From an uncultured Clostridia bacterium (lineage in GTDB: Bacteria > Bacillota > Clostridia > TANB77 > CAG-508): a DNA stretch of 64,000 nucleotides. The stretch lies in the NCBI GenBank assembly GCA_947594935.1, contig CANQEM010000002.1, positions 3,100 through 67,099 on the forward strand, given 5' to 3'. The notes below the pieces were generated by a model that saw nothing but the letters and a program-made list of their open reading frames with translations, was not told where the DNA came from and made no database searches. Positions 27,168 to 38,429 of the stretch are shown here, in pieces (positions within the stretch are counted from its first letter, which is position 1; every line of letters starts with the position of its first letter). A program made the translations under genes and the position numbers.

Positions 27168-30166
27168 TTAAATAAATTCATGATTTCATCTTTTGTTAAT
27201 TTATTTACAAATGTTGTTTTTGTGCTTAACATATTATCAATTAGTTCTTCTTTTCTCATTTGTAATTCGTAAATTTTTTCTTCAATTGAGTTCTTAGTTA
27301 TTAGTTTATATACTTGCACATTGTTTTTTTGCCCTATCCTATATGCTCTGTCTGTTGCTTGGTTTTCAGCTGATAAGTTCCACCATGGGTCATAATGTAT
27401 AACCATATCTGCACCTGTTAAGTTTAGTCCAGTTCCACCTGCCTTTAAAGATATTAAAAAGATTTTTATTTCTTGGCTCTCATTAAATTGGTCTACCATT
27501 TTTATTCTCTCATCGACTTTTGTAGCACCAGTTAGCTTATAGTATGGAATGTTTTTTTCGTTTAGAGATTTCTCTAATATATCAAACATTGATGTATATG
27601 TAGAGAAAATTAGTATTTTGTGACCTGCTCCGATTGCATCTTCTACTATTTCCATACATTGCTCTAATTTACTACTTGTTCCTGTATAGTTTTCTAAAAA
27701 TAGTCTAGGATGACAGCATATTTGGCGTAGCCTTGTTAGTAATGCTAAAATTTTAATTTGACTATTTTCAAAGCCGTTTAAATTTATTTCATTTGCTACT
27801 TCTTCTTTTGCTTGTGCTAAATATGTTAAATATACATTTTGCTGTTCTTCTTCCATCTCATTGTTCAATATTGTAATTGTTTTTTCTGGTAGTTCTGTTA
27901 GTACCTCTTTTTTGGTTCTTCTCAAAACAAAAGGTTCTATTAGCATTTTTAATTTGTTCATTATAATATCATCATTGTCTCTTACAATTGGTGTTTCATA
28001 CATATTTTTAAATGTTTTATATCCAAACAAATATCCTGGCATGATGAAATCAAATATTGACCATAGCTCTGCTAATGAGTTTTCTATTGGTGTTCCAGTT
28101 AAAGCAAAACGAGTTTCAGCTTTTATTTGTTTGATTGCTTTTGCATTTTGTGTATTACTATTTTTTAAGTATTGTGCTTCATCTGCAATGGCATATCTAA
28201 AATTATAGCTATATTCTTTATACAGTTCTATGTCTCTTTTTAATAAGTCATAAGAGGTTATAACTAAATCATATTTTGAAATTTTTGAAATTTGTTTTTT
28301 TCGCTCAGTTGCTGTTCCTCTAATAACTTGCACATTTAAAGTTGGTGTAAATTTTTTTGCTTCGTTTAACCAGTTTAGTGTTAGAGAGCTTGGAGATATA
28401 ACGATACTTGGTCTATGTTTTTCGTTTTTTTCCTCTATATATCTTAAAATAACTGCTAATACTTGTAAAGTTTTTCCAAGACCCATGTCATCTGCTAAAA
28501 TTCCACCAAATTTGTAATTATCCAATATTTTTAGCCAATTAAAACCTATTTTTTGATAATAACGCAATTGTGCATTAAGGTTTTGTGGTAGTTCAAATTC
28601 TTCAACTAATAAATCTTTGTTAAAATCATTTACTACATTTTTGTATTCTTGATTTTTGATGACTTCTGTGCCTTGTAAACCTTTTAATAGTTGGTTTAAA
28701 TATAGGCTGCGGTTGACTGGAAGATGTGCTTCTCCTTGAATTATGTCTTTATAGCTAATGTTCATTCCTGTTAAAATTTTATCAAAAAATTCAATTTCTT
28801 GGTTGTTCTCTAATTCAATGAAAGTTCCATCTTTTAACCTGTGGTATTTCTTTTTTAATTGATATTTTCCGATGATTTCTTGTAATTCTTCTATATTAAA
28901 TTCTATTTTACTGAAATCAATTGTTAATAAATCATTTTCTACTTTTACACCGATTGTTCCTATTTTAGGCTTTTTTACTTGCTTTGATTTAAAGTTATCT
29001 GTTGCTAAAACTTCAAATTTCTGCATGTAATATGTAATGTCATTTGTTAAAAATTCATATATTTTATCATCATCTGGTAGGATAAATCTTATGTTGTTTA
29101 CATCAAACATAAATCCACTTTGACTAAATACATTTAGAACTTTGGCTTCTTCTACCATGTTCCTTGGTATTTCAATTTTTTGGTGTTCATCTAGTGGGTT
29201 AAATTCAAAATCATCATAGCAAAATTTTATGTCTGCAATTACATAATCGTTTTCATCAAAGTCTAAAAATACTTTTACTCCTAGTTCTTTTGGCTGCAAT
29301 TTTTCAATTTTGCTTGCTTCTATATTTCCTATTTTGATTGCATCTTTTACTTTTGGAATTACAACAGAAAAAAGTTGTATTAAATCTTTTTGTTGTAGAT
29401 ATAGTTCTGATACATAGTTTTCTCTAAAACTTTGCCAAAGTCTGAAATTTGTGTTTATATATTCATCTGTCATACGGTATAAGTTGTCATCTTGCAATAT
29501 ATATTGGTGTTTTTTTCCTCTAAGTAGATTCATCTTAAAAATATCAGTGTTTGGTGTGATGATGTATTCTTCATTTTCTACTTGGTTTAATGTGAATTCT
29601 AGTTTAGGGTTGTCGTCTACAAAAGTTACTTCTGTTTCAATTGAATCTCTTTTCATTTTAACAGTTTTGCCTTTTAGTATATTAAATAAATCATCTAGCC
29701 CTGTATTGCTTAATAATATGCTTGTTTCACTTAGAGTTTGTCCATAATATTTGTATTGACTGTTTGAATTTGAGTTTGCATATTTTATGATTTCAGCATA
29801 TTTTAAGATGAATTCTAATAGTTCTTGACTTTCTTCTGTAAATGCTGTTTTTACATGTATAAATTGAAGTTTATCTCCATAGTGATAAAAGGTTTTGTTT
29901 AACATCCTATCGTAAAATTCTGATAAATCTTTTATTTTATACATCCTTTTATCGCCAATTTTGAATTCTACTTTTACATCATTTGAAAATCTATCATATA
30001 TTAAATAAGGCTCTATTGTTATAGTTCCTTTGCTTTTTATTTCAGTTTCTTCTTGCTGTATTCCTTGAAGTTCTTCGTTATAAAAATTATTTACAATTTG
30101 TCTAAAATTTTTGTACCTTGCTTCTTTTCTGCTTTTTCGGCTTTTTTCTTCGTTTAAATTGCTCAT
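27164..30166 (-). CDS. SNF2-family DEAD/H helicase with N-terminal SNF2-associated domain
   Basis: ILADDMGLGKTLQ (motif I), DEAQYLKN (motif II), LTGTPIEN, GGTGLNLTGADMVIHYDPWWN..QATDRAYRIGQ. Confidence 0.85.
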   Translation of the reverse strand: MSNLNEEKSRKSRKEARYKNFRQIVNNFYNEELQGIQQEETEIKSKGTITIEPYLIYDRFSNDVKVEFKIGDKRMYKIKDLSEFYDRMLNKTFYHYGDKLQFIHVKTAFTEESQELLEFILKYAEIIKYANSNSNSQYKYYGQTLSETSILLSNTGLDDLFNILKGKTVKMKRDSIETEVTFVDDNPKLEFTLNQVENEEYIITPNTDIFKMNLLRGKKHQYILQDDNLYRMTDEYINTNFRLWQSFRENYVSELYLQQKDLIQLFSVVIPKVKDAIKIGNIEASKIEKLQPKELGVKVFLDFDENDYVIADIKFCYDDFEFNPLDEHQKIEIPRNMVEEAKVLNVFSQSGFMFDVNNIRFILPDDDKIYEFLTNDITYYMQKFEVLATDNFKSKQVKKPKIGTIGVKVENDLLTIDFSKIEFNIEELQEIIGKYQLKKKYHRLKDGTFIELENNQEIEFFDKILTGMNISYKDIIQGEAHLPVNRSLYLNQLLKGLQGTEVIKNQEYKNVVNDFNKDLLVEEFELPQNLNAQLRYYQKIGFNWLKILDNYKFGGILADDMGLGKTLQVLAVILRYIEEKNEKHRPSIVISPSSLTLNWLNEAKKFTPTLNVQVIRGTATERKKQISKISKYDLVITSYDLLKRDIELYKEYSYNFRYAIADEAQYLKNSNTQNAKAIKQIKAETRFALTGTPIENSLAELWSIFDFIMPGYLFGYKTFKNMYETPIVRDNDDIIMNKLKMLIEPFVLRRTKKEVLTELPEKTITILNNEMEEEQQNVYLTYLAQAKEEVANEINLNGFENSQIKILALLTRLRQICCHPRLFLENYTGTSSKLEQCMEIVEDAIGAGHKILIFSTYTSMFDILEKSLNEKNIPYYKLTGATKVDERIKMVDQFNESQEIKIFLISLKAGGTGLNLTGADMVIHYDPWWNLSAENQATDRAYRIGQKNNVQVYKLITKNSIEEKIYELQMRKEELIDNMLSTKTTFVNKLTKDEIMNLFK

Positions 30167-30246
30167 AATCTTTTTCCCTTTCGTGTTTTATATTTCTGGC
30201 TAAGTATTATATCACAATTTTTTTCTCTTTACAAGGTCTTGGGTTG

Positions 30247-30278
30247 AAAAAAAATCTTAGCCTTCGCTAAGATTTTTT
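30247..30278 (-). terminator. Terminator overlapping the stop codon of the Spo0E-like gene
   Basis: ATCTTAGC-cttc-GCTAAGAT flanked by A8 and T5. Confidence 0.65.
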
Positions 30279-30412
30279 GGAGTATCTTTATAGTACTTGG
30301 CGATTAGCTCGTCAAGTTCAACGCTTAACTGGTAAATTACAGAATAATCTTCCCCGTTCTCTATACTCTTATTTAATTTGTTCCTTAATTTGCAAATTTC
30401 GTCATTTAGCAA
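30257..30412 (-). CDS. Spo0E-family sporulation regulatory (aspartyl-phosphate phosphatase-like) protein, 51 aa, below the ORF-track cutoff
   Basis: Hand translation: (M)LNDEICKLRNKLNKSIENGEDYSVIYQLSVELDELIAKYYKDTPKNLSEG. SVELDELI matches the Spo0E SQELD-type motif. TTG start 9 nt after AAGGAG. Confidence 0.6.
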   Translation of the reverse strand: MLNDEICKLRNKLNKSIENGEDYSVIYQLSVELDELIAKYYKDTPKNLSEG

Positions 30413-30542
30413 TGCTTTTTTCTCCTTTTTTATTACAATTTAATGTTTATTCAACATTTATTTATAAATTATCATAATTTTTATTCTAAGTCAAGCAAAT
30501 TTTTTATTTTTTTCAACTTTCGTATGACATTTATTGACACTA

Positions 30543-30549
30543 TTCGACA
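30543..30549 (-). promoter_or_regulatory. Consensus Spo0A box upstream of the Spo0E-like gene
   Basis: Minus strand reads TGTCGAA (consensus TGNCGAA), about 50 nt upstream of a TTGACT -35 element (30487-30492). Confidence 0.35.
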
Positions 30550-30561
30550 GTATATTATATT

Positions 30562-30604
30562 AAAAAACAGCATACCTCATAAAACGAGGTTTATGCTGTT
30601 TTTT
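30562..30604 (-). terminator. Rho-independent terminator after the M16 peptidase pair
   Basis: CAGCATACCTC..GAGGTTTATGCTG hairpin (30568-30598) with a T-run on the minus strand. Confidence 0.7.
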
Positions 30605-31891
30605 CTACATGGCAACTATTGATAAAACCATACTATTTTCGTTAAAAACTTCTTTCAAAATTTGCTCTGCATATTCTTTATTAACTAACATTATTTGTTC
30701 AATATATTCAAAACTGTTTATTCCTTTAAAATAATCGGCTAAAAACATTCTTGCTATATCTGTTACATCATTATATTCTTTTACATAGTCGCCATAAAGG
30801 CTTTTTCTTAGTCTATTAAAATCTGCTTCATTTATTCCTTTTTCCTGCATTTCTTTTATTTCATTTTTTAGAGCTTGATACACTTCTTCCGGGTTGTTTG
30901 ATTGCCCTGAGATTAAAATATGTGCATATCCCCTAGAAAATTCGTAGTCCATGCTTGGTGATGCAGATATTATTCCTTTATTGTATAAATCTTTATATAG
31001 TTTTGAACTTTCTCCGAAGATTAAATTCATCAAAATTTCGATTGCTATGTGTTTTTTTACGATTTCATCTTTTGAACCACTGTTACATGTTATTGGCTTA
31101 TCTTTTATTCCGATTGCATATAAAGGTCTGCTAACTTCCATGTTTTGTGTTACCTTTTCTTTTACTATGCTCTCTGGTTCTTCTGGATATATTCTTTTAA
31201 TTTCTCCATTTGCTTTTGTTTCAATTAAACGTTTTTTGACTTCTTCAATAATTTTTTCTGGTTCGAAGTCCCCTGAAATTACCATTGCCATATTTGATGG
31301 GTTATAGAAAGTGTTGTAACATTTATATAATATTTCTTTGTTGATTTTGCTGATTGTTTCTATTGTTCCAACTGTGTCTAACCTTATTGGAAATTTGTGA
31401 TACATTGCTTGCAAAGCGTTTAAATAAACTTTCCAATCTGGGTAGTCGTCATACATCATAATTTCTTGACCAATTATTCCTTTTTCTTTTTCAACATTTT
31501 CATCTGTGAAATATGGATGTTGAACATAATTCATGAATTCATCTAAGGCTTCATAGAAATGGTCTGTACATTCATATAGGTATGCTGTATGGTCATTTGT
31601 TGTGTAGGCATTTGCACTTACTCCGATTTCTGTTAGTACATCTAAGCTATTTCTACCATTTTCTTGTTCAAACATTTTATGCTCTAAGAAATGTGCCACT
31701 CCATCTGGAACTGTTGTAACTTCTGTTTCGCCTGGAACTATAAATGAGCTTTCATTTGAACCATAGTTTGTGCCCCAAATTATATATTTTTTTTGCATAC
31801 CTTTTTTCGGAATTACCATAACAGTTAAGCCATTTTCTAATTTTTCAATATATAGCTTTTCTTTTACTTTCAAATTTTCTATAATTTCCAT
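30605..31891 (-). CDS. M16 family zinc peptidase (catalytic subunit)
   Basis: HxxEH zinc motif in GVAHFLEHKMFEQ. Confidence 0.85.
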   Translation of the reverse strand: MEIIENLKVKEKLYIEKLENGLTVMVIPKKGMQKKYIIWGTNYGSNESSFIVPGETEVTTVPDGVAHFLEHKMFEQENGRNSLDVLTEIGVSANAYTTNDHTAYLYECTDHFYEALDEFMNYVQHPYFTDENVEKEKGIIGQEIMMYDDYPDWKVYLNALQAMYHKFPIRLDTVGTIETISKINKEILYKCYNTFYNPSNMAMVISGDFEPEKIIEEVKKRLIETKANGEIKRIYPEEPESIVKEKVTQNMEVSRPLYAIGIKDKPITCNSGSKDEIVKKHIAIEILMNLIFGESSKLYKDLYNKGIISASPSMDYEFSRGYAHILISGQSNNPEEVYQALKNEIKEMQEKGINEADFNRLRKSLYGDYVKEYNDVTDIARMFLADYFKGINSFEYIEQIMLVNKEYAEQILKEVFNENSMVLSIVAM

Positions 31892-31909
31892 AAGTGTTTC
31901 CTTTCTTTT

Positions 31910-33190
31910 TTAATTTCTTAAAAAATAGATTGTGTCAATTTCTACTTTCTGTGCTATATTTAGCACTGCTTCTTTTGTCACTTTGCTTATTCTTTCAAGA
32001 TATTGTTCAACATCTAATTTAATACTGCAAAATTCTTGTCCGAAAAAATACATGATTTCTGTATCTTGTTCATCATCTATTGTTTTTATTGCGTCTATCA
32101 TACATTTTTTAGCTACTTCAATGTCGTTTTCTGTGAATTTGCCTTGTTTCATTTCTTCTAATTGTTCTTTAACTATTTTTAATGCTTTTTCGTAATTTTC
32201 TATTTCTATTCCACAATTTATAAATATGTTGTTCTTAGTTTTTAGATAACTTGAACTTGCCACATACGCTAAACTAGCTTTTTCTCTTACATTTTGGAAT
32301 AGTTTTGAATTTGCACTACCACCTAGAATGCTGTTATATATTAAAGCATCATACTGCATGTCTTCATTTTCTAATTCAACATTTAGCCCTAATATTAGCT
32401 TCCCTTGTGTTACATCCATTGATTCTTGGACTGTTTGACCTTGATTTTTTGCTGTGACATTTAATGTTATTTGTGAATATTCTGGTTTTCTTTCTTTCAA
32501 TTCTTTTATTTCGTTTGAATTTATAATGGTTTCTTGAATAGTATCGTTTATAATGCCAGATACAAATATGTCTATTTTGCAGGTTTGTAATAAGTTTTGA
32601 TAGTAATTATATAATTCTTTTCTATCAAGTTTTTCTAAGTCCTCTACATATCCACATTTATACAAGGCAAAATTTTGACCTTTATACATTTCTTCTATAC
32701 ATCTATCAAGTGCATATCTTGCTTTGTTGTCAATTTTGCCTTCGATGATTTGCTTCATGTTCTTTTTTTCTTGTTCAAAATATTCTTTTTTAAAGCCTTC
32801 ATCTTCTGTTAATGGTTCAAATATTATTTCTAATAAATTTTCAATTGTTTTAGCTGTTATGTTTTCCCCTTTTGGTAAAAAATTGTCATTTATGCTTTCC
32901 ATATAGAATTTTAAAACTTGGTTGTCCCCTCTTTTATCTATACCACAGTTAAAAGAGGCTCCATACATTTCTTCTAATTCCATGCTGATTGCTTCTTGTG
33001 TTTGCATGTTTTTAGAGCCTCTTCTTAATATTGCTGGTAATATTGCATTTTTAGTAACATTTTCTCTGTTTAGTGGTGTTGTTAAAAATACAGCTATTAG
33101 GTTTGTTTTAAATTTGTCTTTTTGTAGTAAGTGTAAATTGATTCCTTGTTTTATCTCTTTTACTTGATGTTCCATAATTTTTATCTGCAC
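31910..33190 (-). CDS. M16 family peptidase-like protein lacking the HxxEH motif (non-catalytic partner)
   Basis: Length and fold-like similarity to the neighbour. I saw no HxxEH motif. Confidence 0.7.
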   Translation of the reverse strand: MQIKIMEHQVKEIKQGINLHLLQKDKFKTNLIAVFLTTPLNRENVTKNAILPAILRRGSKNMQTQEAISMELEEMYGASFNCGIDKRGDNQVLKFYMESINDNFLPKGENITAKTIENLLEIIFEPLTEDEGFKKEYFEQEKKNMKQIIEGKIDNKARYALDRCIEEMYKGQNFALYKCGYVEDLEKLDRKELYNYYQNLLQTCKIDIFVSGIINDTIQETIINSNEIKELKERKPEYSQITLNVTAKNQGQTVQESMDVTQGKLILGLNVELENEDMQYDALIYNSILGGSANSKLFQNVREKASLAYVASSSYLKTKNNIFINCGIEIENYEKALKIVKEQLEEMKQGKFTENDIEVAKKCMIDAIKTIDDEQDTEIMYFFGQEFCSIKLDVEQYLERISKVTKEAVLNIAQKVEIDTIYFLRN

Positions 33191-33282
33191 CCTTTCTTTT
33201 TTGTTTTTATTTTATCCATGTTTTTTTACTTTATGCAAAACATAAAAGGAGAGTATTCTTTTTATTATACTCCCCCTCCATT

Positions 33283-33453
33283 TTAAAATTTTCTTTTTCT
33301 TGCAGCCTCTGATTTTTTCTTTCTCTTTACGCTTGGCTTTTCATAGTGTTCTCTTTTTCGTACTTCTTGCATAACTCCATTTCTTGCGCATTGTCTTTTA
33401 AACCTTTTTAAGGCTTCTTCTATATTTCCATTATTTACTTTAATCTCTGACAT
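33283..33453 (-). CDS. rpsU: 30S ribosomal protein S21, 56 aa, below the ORF-track cutoff
   Basis: Hand translation: [66 protein letters not shown]. Confidence 0.9.
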   Translation of the reverse strand: MSEIKVNNGNIEEALKRFKRQCARNGVMQEVRKREHYEKPSVKRKKKSEAARKRKF

Positions 33454-33515
33454 TTACAATTCCCCTCCTTCCAGCCATACGGATCTGTATTTGGGATAAC
33501 CCTATAACTTTATTT

Positions 33516-33544
33516 ATTATACATTAAAGATACAGGCTTGTCAA
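33516..33544 (-). promoter_or_regulatory. Perfect-consensus sigma-A promoter for rpsU
   Basis: Minus strand: TTGACA (33539-33544), 17-nt spacer, TATAAT (33516-33521). Confidence 0.7.
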
Positions 33545-33555
33545 TAGAATTTTAG

Positions 33556-34128
33556 TTATTTTCCGAAGAAGTTTCCGAACCATATAAAAATCGGGTTATC
33601 AACTGTTAGTTCTCTTATCCATCCATTTGTAAATGGGATGAACCATAATAGAATTCCTAAACCTACTACTACAATGATTGTTAGAATAATTGCTAGTAAA
33701 TCTTTTTTTGTCATTTCCTTATACTCTTGGCGTTTTGGTCTATCTGCATATAACATTTTTATAAAATCTGTGATTACATTGCTTCCTGTATCTTCTACTT
33801 CTTCTTTTGGCTCATGTTCTACTTTTTCTTGTTTTGGAACATAGAAGTTGTTTTTTTCTGTTCCATAGTCTTTTTCGCCATATTTCTTTTTTAATTGTTC
33901 TTCTTTTTCTTTTTTTAGTTCTACATCATATTGTTCTTTTAAGAACTCATTTGAAAGTACATTATATGCTTCGTTTATCTCTTTAAGCTTTTTTTCTGTT
34001 ACGCCTTTTACTCGCGCATCTTTTTGTAAATCTGGATGATATTTTTTGGCTAATACTTTATATGCTTTTTCTATTATTTCAATTGACGCATTTTCGTTTA
34101 CTTGTAATATTTCATAATAATTTTTCAT
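33556..34128 (-). CDS. J-domain (DnaJ-like) protein with C-terminal TM helix
   Basis: YYEILQVNENASIEIIEKAYKVLAKKYHPDLQ (HPD motif). TM helix LLAIILTIIVVVGLGILLWFI. Confidence 0.8.
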   Translation of the reverse strand: MKNYYEILQVNENASIEIIEKAYKVLAKKYHPDLQKDARVKGVTEKKLKEINEAYNVLSNEFLKEQYDVELKKEKEEQLKKKYGEKDYGTEKNNFYVPKQEKVEHEPKEEVEDTGSNVITDFIKMLYADRPKRQEYKEMTKKDLLAIILTIIVVVGLGILLWFIPFTNGWIRELTVDNPIFIWFGNFFGK

Positions 34129-34137
34129 TGTTCCTTC

Positions 34138-35949
34138 CTATCCATTAGAAAAAATTTCTTCAAATTCATCTGATTCGATTTTCTCTTTTTCTAAAAGAAT
34201 GCCTGCGACTGCATGTAATTTATCAACATGTTCTGTTAGAATTTGTTTTGCACGGTTATATTCTTGGTCTATAATTTTCTTTACTTCTTCATCGATTACT
34301 GCTGCTGTTTCTTCTGAATATTCTTTTGCTTGTGCAAAGTCTCTACCTAAAAATACTTCACTTTGGTCAGAACCTAACATTAAAGCTCCTATTCTTTCGC
34401 TCATACCATATTTTGTAACCATACTTCTTGCAATGCTAGTTGCCCTTTGTATATCATTGCTTGCTCCTGTTGAAATGTCGTTTAAGATTAAACTTTCTGC
34501 AACTCTACCACCTAGAAGTGATACGATATTTTCTTCCATTTCTGTTTTTGACATGAAATTTTTATCTTCTGTTGGGCGGTACATTGTATATCCACCTGCC
34601 ATACCTCTTGGTACAATTGAAATTTGATGAACTGGGTCTTGTGTTTCAAGATAATGACTTACAACAGCGTGACCTGCTTCATGGTAAGCTACTAGTCTAT
34701 TTTCTTTTTCGTTTCTTACTTTTGTTTTCTTTTCTGGACCCATTGTAACTTTTACCATGGCGTCTTCGATTTCCTTCATCCCTATTTCTGGTAAGTTTCT
34801 TCTTGCTGCTAATAATGCTGCTTCATTTAATACATTTTCAAGGTCTGCTCCTGCAAAACCTGATGTATTTTTTGCGATAACTTTTAAGTCTACATCTTCT
34901 GATATTTTCTTTTTACGTGAGTGAACTTCTAGTATTTGTTCTCTTGCTTTAACATCTGGTGCTCCTACTACTATTTGCCTGTCAAACCTTCCTGCTCTTA
35001 GTAAGGCTTTATCTAATACGTCTGGTCTGTTAGTTGCTGCTAGTACGATAACACCTTCGTTCTCTGAGAAACCATCCATTTCTACTAGTAATTGGTTAAG
35101 TGTTTGCTCTCTTTCATCATGACCACCACCAAGACCTGCACCTCTTTGGCGACCAACTGCATCAATTTCATCTATAAATATGATACATGGTGCGTTTCTT
35201 TTGGCTTCTTCAAATAAATCTCTTACACGAGATGCTCCAACACCTACAAACATTTCAACAAAGTCTGAACCACTTATTATGAAAAATGGGACTCCTGCTT
35301 CGCCAGCTACTGCTTTTGCTAGTAATGTTTTACCTGTACCCGGTTGTCCTACTAGAAGTACACCTTTTGGTATTCTGGCTCCCATGTCTGTAAATTTCTT
35401 TGGGCTTTTTAAAAATTCTACAATTTCTTGCAATTCTTCTTTTTCCTCATCAACACCTGCTACATCATCAAAAGTGATTTTGTTGCGGTCTGCTGGGGTC
35501 ATCATTCTGGCTTTGCTCTTTCCAAAAGTTAGTGATTTTCCATTTGGTCCACCACCTGCACTGCTTCCCATCATTAAGAACCAGAAAATGAAAAAGATAA
35601 TTACTAAGCCAAATGGTGTTAACAATTCCAAAACTGTTATAAAGATTGATTCTGATTTTTCCTCTAATTCAAAAGCTCCATTTTTTACAAAATCTGATGT
35701 GTATGTCATGAAAGTTTCCATATCTGGGATATTAACTTCTTTTATGACATCACTATCTGTTAATTGGATGTTTGCTGTTTTTCCATCTGCTTCAATTTGA
35801 ACTGCTTCTACTTTGCCTTCATTGATTTTTGCAATCAATTCAGAGTATTTCATTTTTTTGTTTGAGTTCTCCATTACTGATGATAAAACAACTATAAAAA
35901 TTACTCCTATTATTAGCCAAGTGGCTAATGATTTGATGTTAGTTCTCAC
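34138..35949 (-). CDS. ftsH: ATP-dependent zinc metalloprotease FtsH
   Basis: [18 protein letters not shown] Walker A, AAA+ SRH, HEAGHAV zinc site. Confidence 0.97.
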   Translation of the reverse strand: MRTNIKSLATWLIIGVIFIVVLSSVMENSNKKMKYSELIAKINEGKVEAVQIEADGKTANIQLTDSDVIKEVNIPDMETFMTYTSDFVKNGAFELEEKSESIFITVLELLTPFGLVIIFFIFWFLMMGSSAGGGPNGKSLTFGKSKARMMTPADRNKITFDDVAGVDEEKEELQEIVEFLKSPKKFTDMGARIPKGVLLVGQPGTGKTLLAKAVAGEAGVPFFIISGSDFVEMFVGVGASRVRDLFEEAKRNAPCIIFIDEIDAVGRQRGAGLGGGHDEREQTLNQLLVEMDGFSENEGVIVLAATNRPDVLDKALLRAGRFDRQIVVGAPDVKAREQILEVHSRKKKISEDVDLKVIAKNTSGFAGADLENVLNEAALLAARRNLPEIGMKEIEDAMVKVTMGPEKKTKVRNEKENRLVAYHEAGHAVVSHYLETQDPVHQISIVPRGMAGGYTMYRPTEDKNFMSKTEMEENIVSLLGGRVAESLILNDISTGASNDIQRATSIARSMVTKYGMSERIGALMLGSDQSEVFLGRDFAQAKEYSEETAAVIDEEVKKIIDQEYNRAKQILTEHVDKLHAVAGILLEKEKIESDEFEEIFSNG

Positions 35950-36071
35950 TGTAATTCCTCCTCTTTCTCCCTTTTGAAAAGGTTATACCATATAATTTTA
36001 TCTTTTTCAAGTGTTTTTTATATGTCTTTTTTATGACAAAACGTTGATATATCCGGCGTTTCTACGGATAC

Positions 36072-37055
36072 TTATCTTTGGTCTATAAAATGAATTTGTC
36101 CACTTTTTACAAAAATTTTTATAAATTGATTTGGTGTTAAGTATTTATTTCCAATATTGTTTTGGCAAAGTTTGATAATATCTTCTATATGTATTTTTGA
36201 TATACCTTGACAATTTCCTAAAACCTTCGTTATAGTATATAGCAAAACCCTTGATTTTATGACTGTTTCTTGGCTATTAAATTTTTTTAAGTCTAATATG
36301 ATATGAGGTTTTTCTTGTTGTACAATTTCTGAATATACTTTTTCAACTTGCTTATTTATATATATATCTTCTTCTCTTACTAGTTCTGATAATCTATTTA
36401 ATGTTTCTACGATGTTTGGGTTGAATTCCCTCTCTACATACGGAATCACTATGTTCCTTATTTTATTCCTTGTATATGTATTGTCAAAATTCGTTTTATC
36501 AATTCGTGGTTGTAAATTTTTTTCTTTGCAATAGTTTTCTATTTCTTCTCTTGAACATTCAATTAAAGGTCTTATATATTTTTCATTTTTTATTGGTTCT
36601 ATGCCTTTTAGCCCTGAAATTCCTGTGCCTCTAAGTAAATTCATAATAATAGTTTCTGCTTTGTCTTTGCTGTTATGTGCTATTGCAATTTTGTTCGCAT
36701 TTGTTTTTTTAGCAATTTCATCAAAAAATTCGTATCTGCTTGCTCTTCCAGCTTCTTCCACTCCCATTTTTTTATTATGTGCTATTTGTTTGACATCTAT
36801 ACTTTTTGAGAAAAACTTTATTCCCAAATTTTTACAAGTTTCTTTGACAAATTCTTCATCTTGTTTGGCTTCTTCTCTTATTAAATGGTTGACATGTGCT
36901 ACTGAAAAATCAAAATTTATTTCTTCGTTTTTTAGTTCTGCAAGAACATATAGCATAGCTAAGGAATCTGGTCCCCCTGAAACCCCGAGAACCAGATTAT
37001 CACCGTCTTGTATTAAATTATATTTTTTGATTGTTTCTTTTACTTTTTGTTTCAC
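36072..37055 (-). CDS. tilS: tRNA(Ile)-lysidine synthase
   Basis: LVLGVSGGPDSLAMLYVL PP-loop. Upstream of ftsH, as in Bacillus. Confidence 0.9.
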   Translation of the reverse strand: MKQKVKETIKKYNLIQDGDNLVLGVSGGPDSLAMLYVLAELKNEEINFDFSVAHVNHLIREEAKQDEEFVKETCKNLGIKFFSKSIDVKQIAHNKKMGVEEAGRASRYEFFDEIAKKTNANKIAIAHNSKDKAETIIMNLLRGTGISGLKGIEPIKNEKYIRPLIECSREEIENYCKEKNLQPRIDKTNFDNTYTRNKIRNIVIPYVEREFNPNIVETLNRLSELVREEDIYINKQVEKVYSEIVQQEKPHIILDLKKFNSQETVIKSRVLLYTITKVLGNCQGISKIHIEDIIKLCQNNIGNKYLTPNQFIKIFVKSGQIHFIDQR

Positions 37056-37058
37056 TTT

Positions 37059-38429
37059 TTATTCCTCATATCGTTTTTCTAAATTAACAAATTTTGTATA
37101 TGTTCCGAACCAGCCTAAGTCAATACTGCCAGTTGAACCACCTCTATGTTTTGCTATTATAACTTCTGCTATATTTTTCTTTTTACTATCGTCATTATAA
37201 TAATCATCACGGTATAAAAACATAACTATATCAGCATCTTGCTCGATTGCACCAGATTCACGTAAGTCTGATAACATTGGTTTATGGTCTTGCCTTTGCT
37301 CTACTGCTCTTGATAATTGTGATAAAGCAATTACTGGCACATTTAATTCTTTTGCTAAAATTTTTAGAGAACGGCTAATTTCTGATATTTCTTGTTCACG
37401 GCTACCATTCCTTTTATTTGTTCCTTGTATTAGTTGCAAGTAGTCAATTACAACCATACCAATATTTTTTTCTAGTTTAAGTTTTCTGCATTTTGCTCTG
37501 ATTTCAGTTACTGATATTCCTGGTGTATCATCTATATATATTTCTGCTTCTGATAAAGGTCCAATGGCTTTTGCTAAGGTTTCCCAATCTTCTTCATCTA
37601 GCTTTCCTGTTCTAATTTTGTTACTATCTACCATTGCTTCACTACATAAAATACGGTTTACAAGTTGCTCTTTTGACATTTCTAAACTGAAAATTGCAAC
37701 TGGTACTTTTGCTCTTACTGCTGCATGTGTGGCAATATTTAAAGCAAAAGCTGATTTTCCCATTGCTGGCCTTGCAGCAACTAAAATTAACTCTGAACCA
37801 TGGAAACCTGCTGTTCTATAATCTAAGTCTATGAATCCACTTGGCACACCTGTTATATGTTGCTTCCTGTTATATAACTCTTCAAGTTGTGTAAAGCTAT
37901 CTACTAAAACATCTTTTAGTGCTGAATATCCTTTTTGATTTTTATCCTGCATTAAATTGAATATTCTTTTTTCTGCGCCTTCCATTACGTCATCTACTTC
38001 TTCTGTTGGGTCATAGCCTAGTTCAATAATTTCGTTTGCAGCTTTTATTAAATTCCTTAAATCAGCTTTTTCTTGCACTATTTTTATATATTTATTTGCA
38101 TTTGCAGTTGTTGGCACTTTTTCTGGTAAATTAGCTAAATATTCATATCCTCCAACTTGGTCAAATTTGCCCATTGATTCTAATTCAGCTTTGACAGTAA
38201 TTAAATCAATTGGCTCTGCTTTTGTATATAAATTGACCATAGCAGAAAATATTGTTTTATTATCTTCTCTATAAAAGTCATCAGCTTTTAAAACTTCCAT
38301 GGAGCTAATTACTGCATCATGGTCTGTGAGCATACTTCCAATAACTGCTTGTTCTGCTTCTAAGTCATGTGGTGGTACTTTTCCTACTTCCATAATTAGT
38401 ATCATCCCTTCTGGTATAGGCTTATTCAC
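37059..38429 (-). CDS. dnaB: Replicative DNA helicase (DnaB family)
   Basis: [14 protein letters not shown], Walker [14 protein letters not shown], and the yybT-rplI-dnaB synteny. Confidence 0.95.
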   Translation of the reverse strand: MNKPIPEGMILIMEVGKVPPHDLEAEQAVIGSMLTDHDAVISSMEVLKADDFYREDNKTIFSAMVNLYTKAEPIDLITVKAELESMGKFDQVGGYEYLANLPEKVPTTANANKYIKIVQEKADLRNLIKAANEIIELGYDPTEEVDDVMEGAEKRIFNLMQDKNQKGYSALKDVLVDSFTQLEELYNRKQHITGVPSGFIDLDYRTAGFHGSELILVAARPAMGKSAFALNIATHAAVRAKVPVAIFSLEMSKEQLVNRILCSEAMVDSNKIRTGKLDEEDWETLAKAIGPLSEAEIYIDDTPGISVTEIRAKCRKLKLEKNIGMVVIDYLQLIQGTNKRNGSREQEISEISRSLKILAKELNVPVIALSQLSRAVEQRQDHKPMLSDLRESGAIEQDADIVMFLYRDDYYNDDSKKKNIAEVIIAKHRGGSTGSIDLGWFGTYTKFVNLEKRYEE

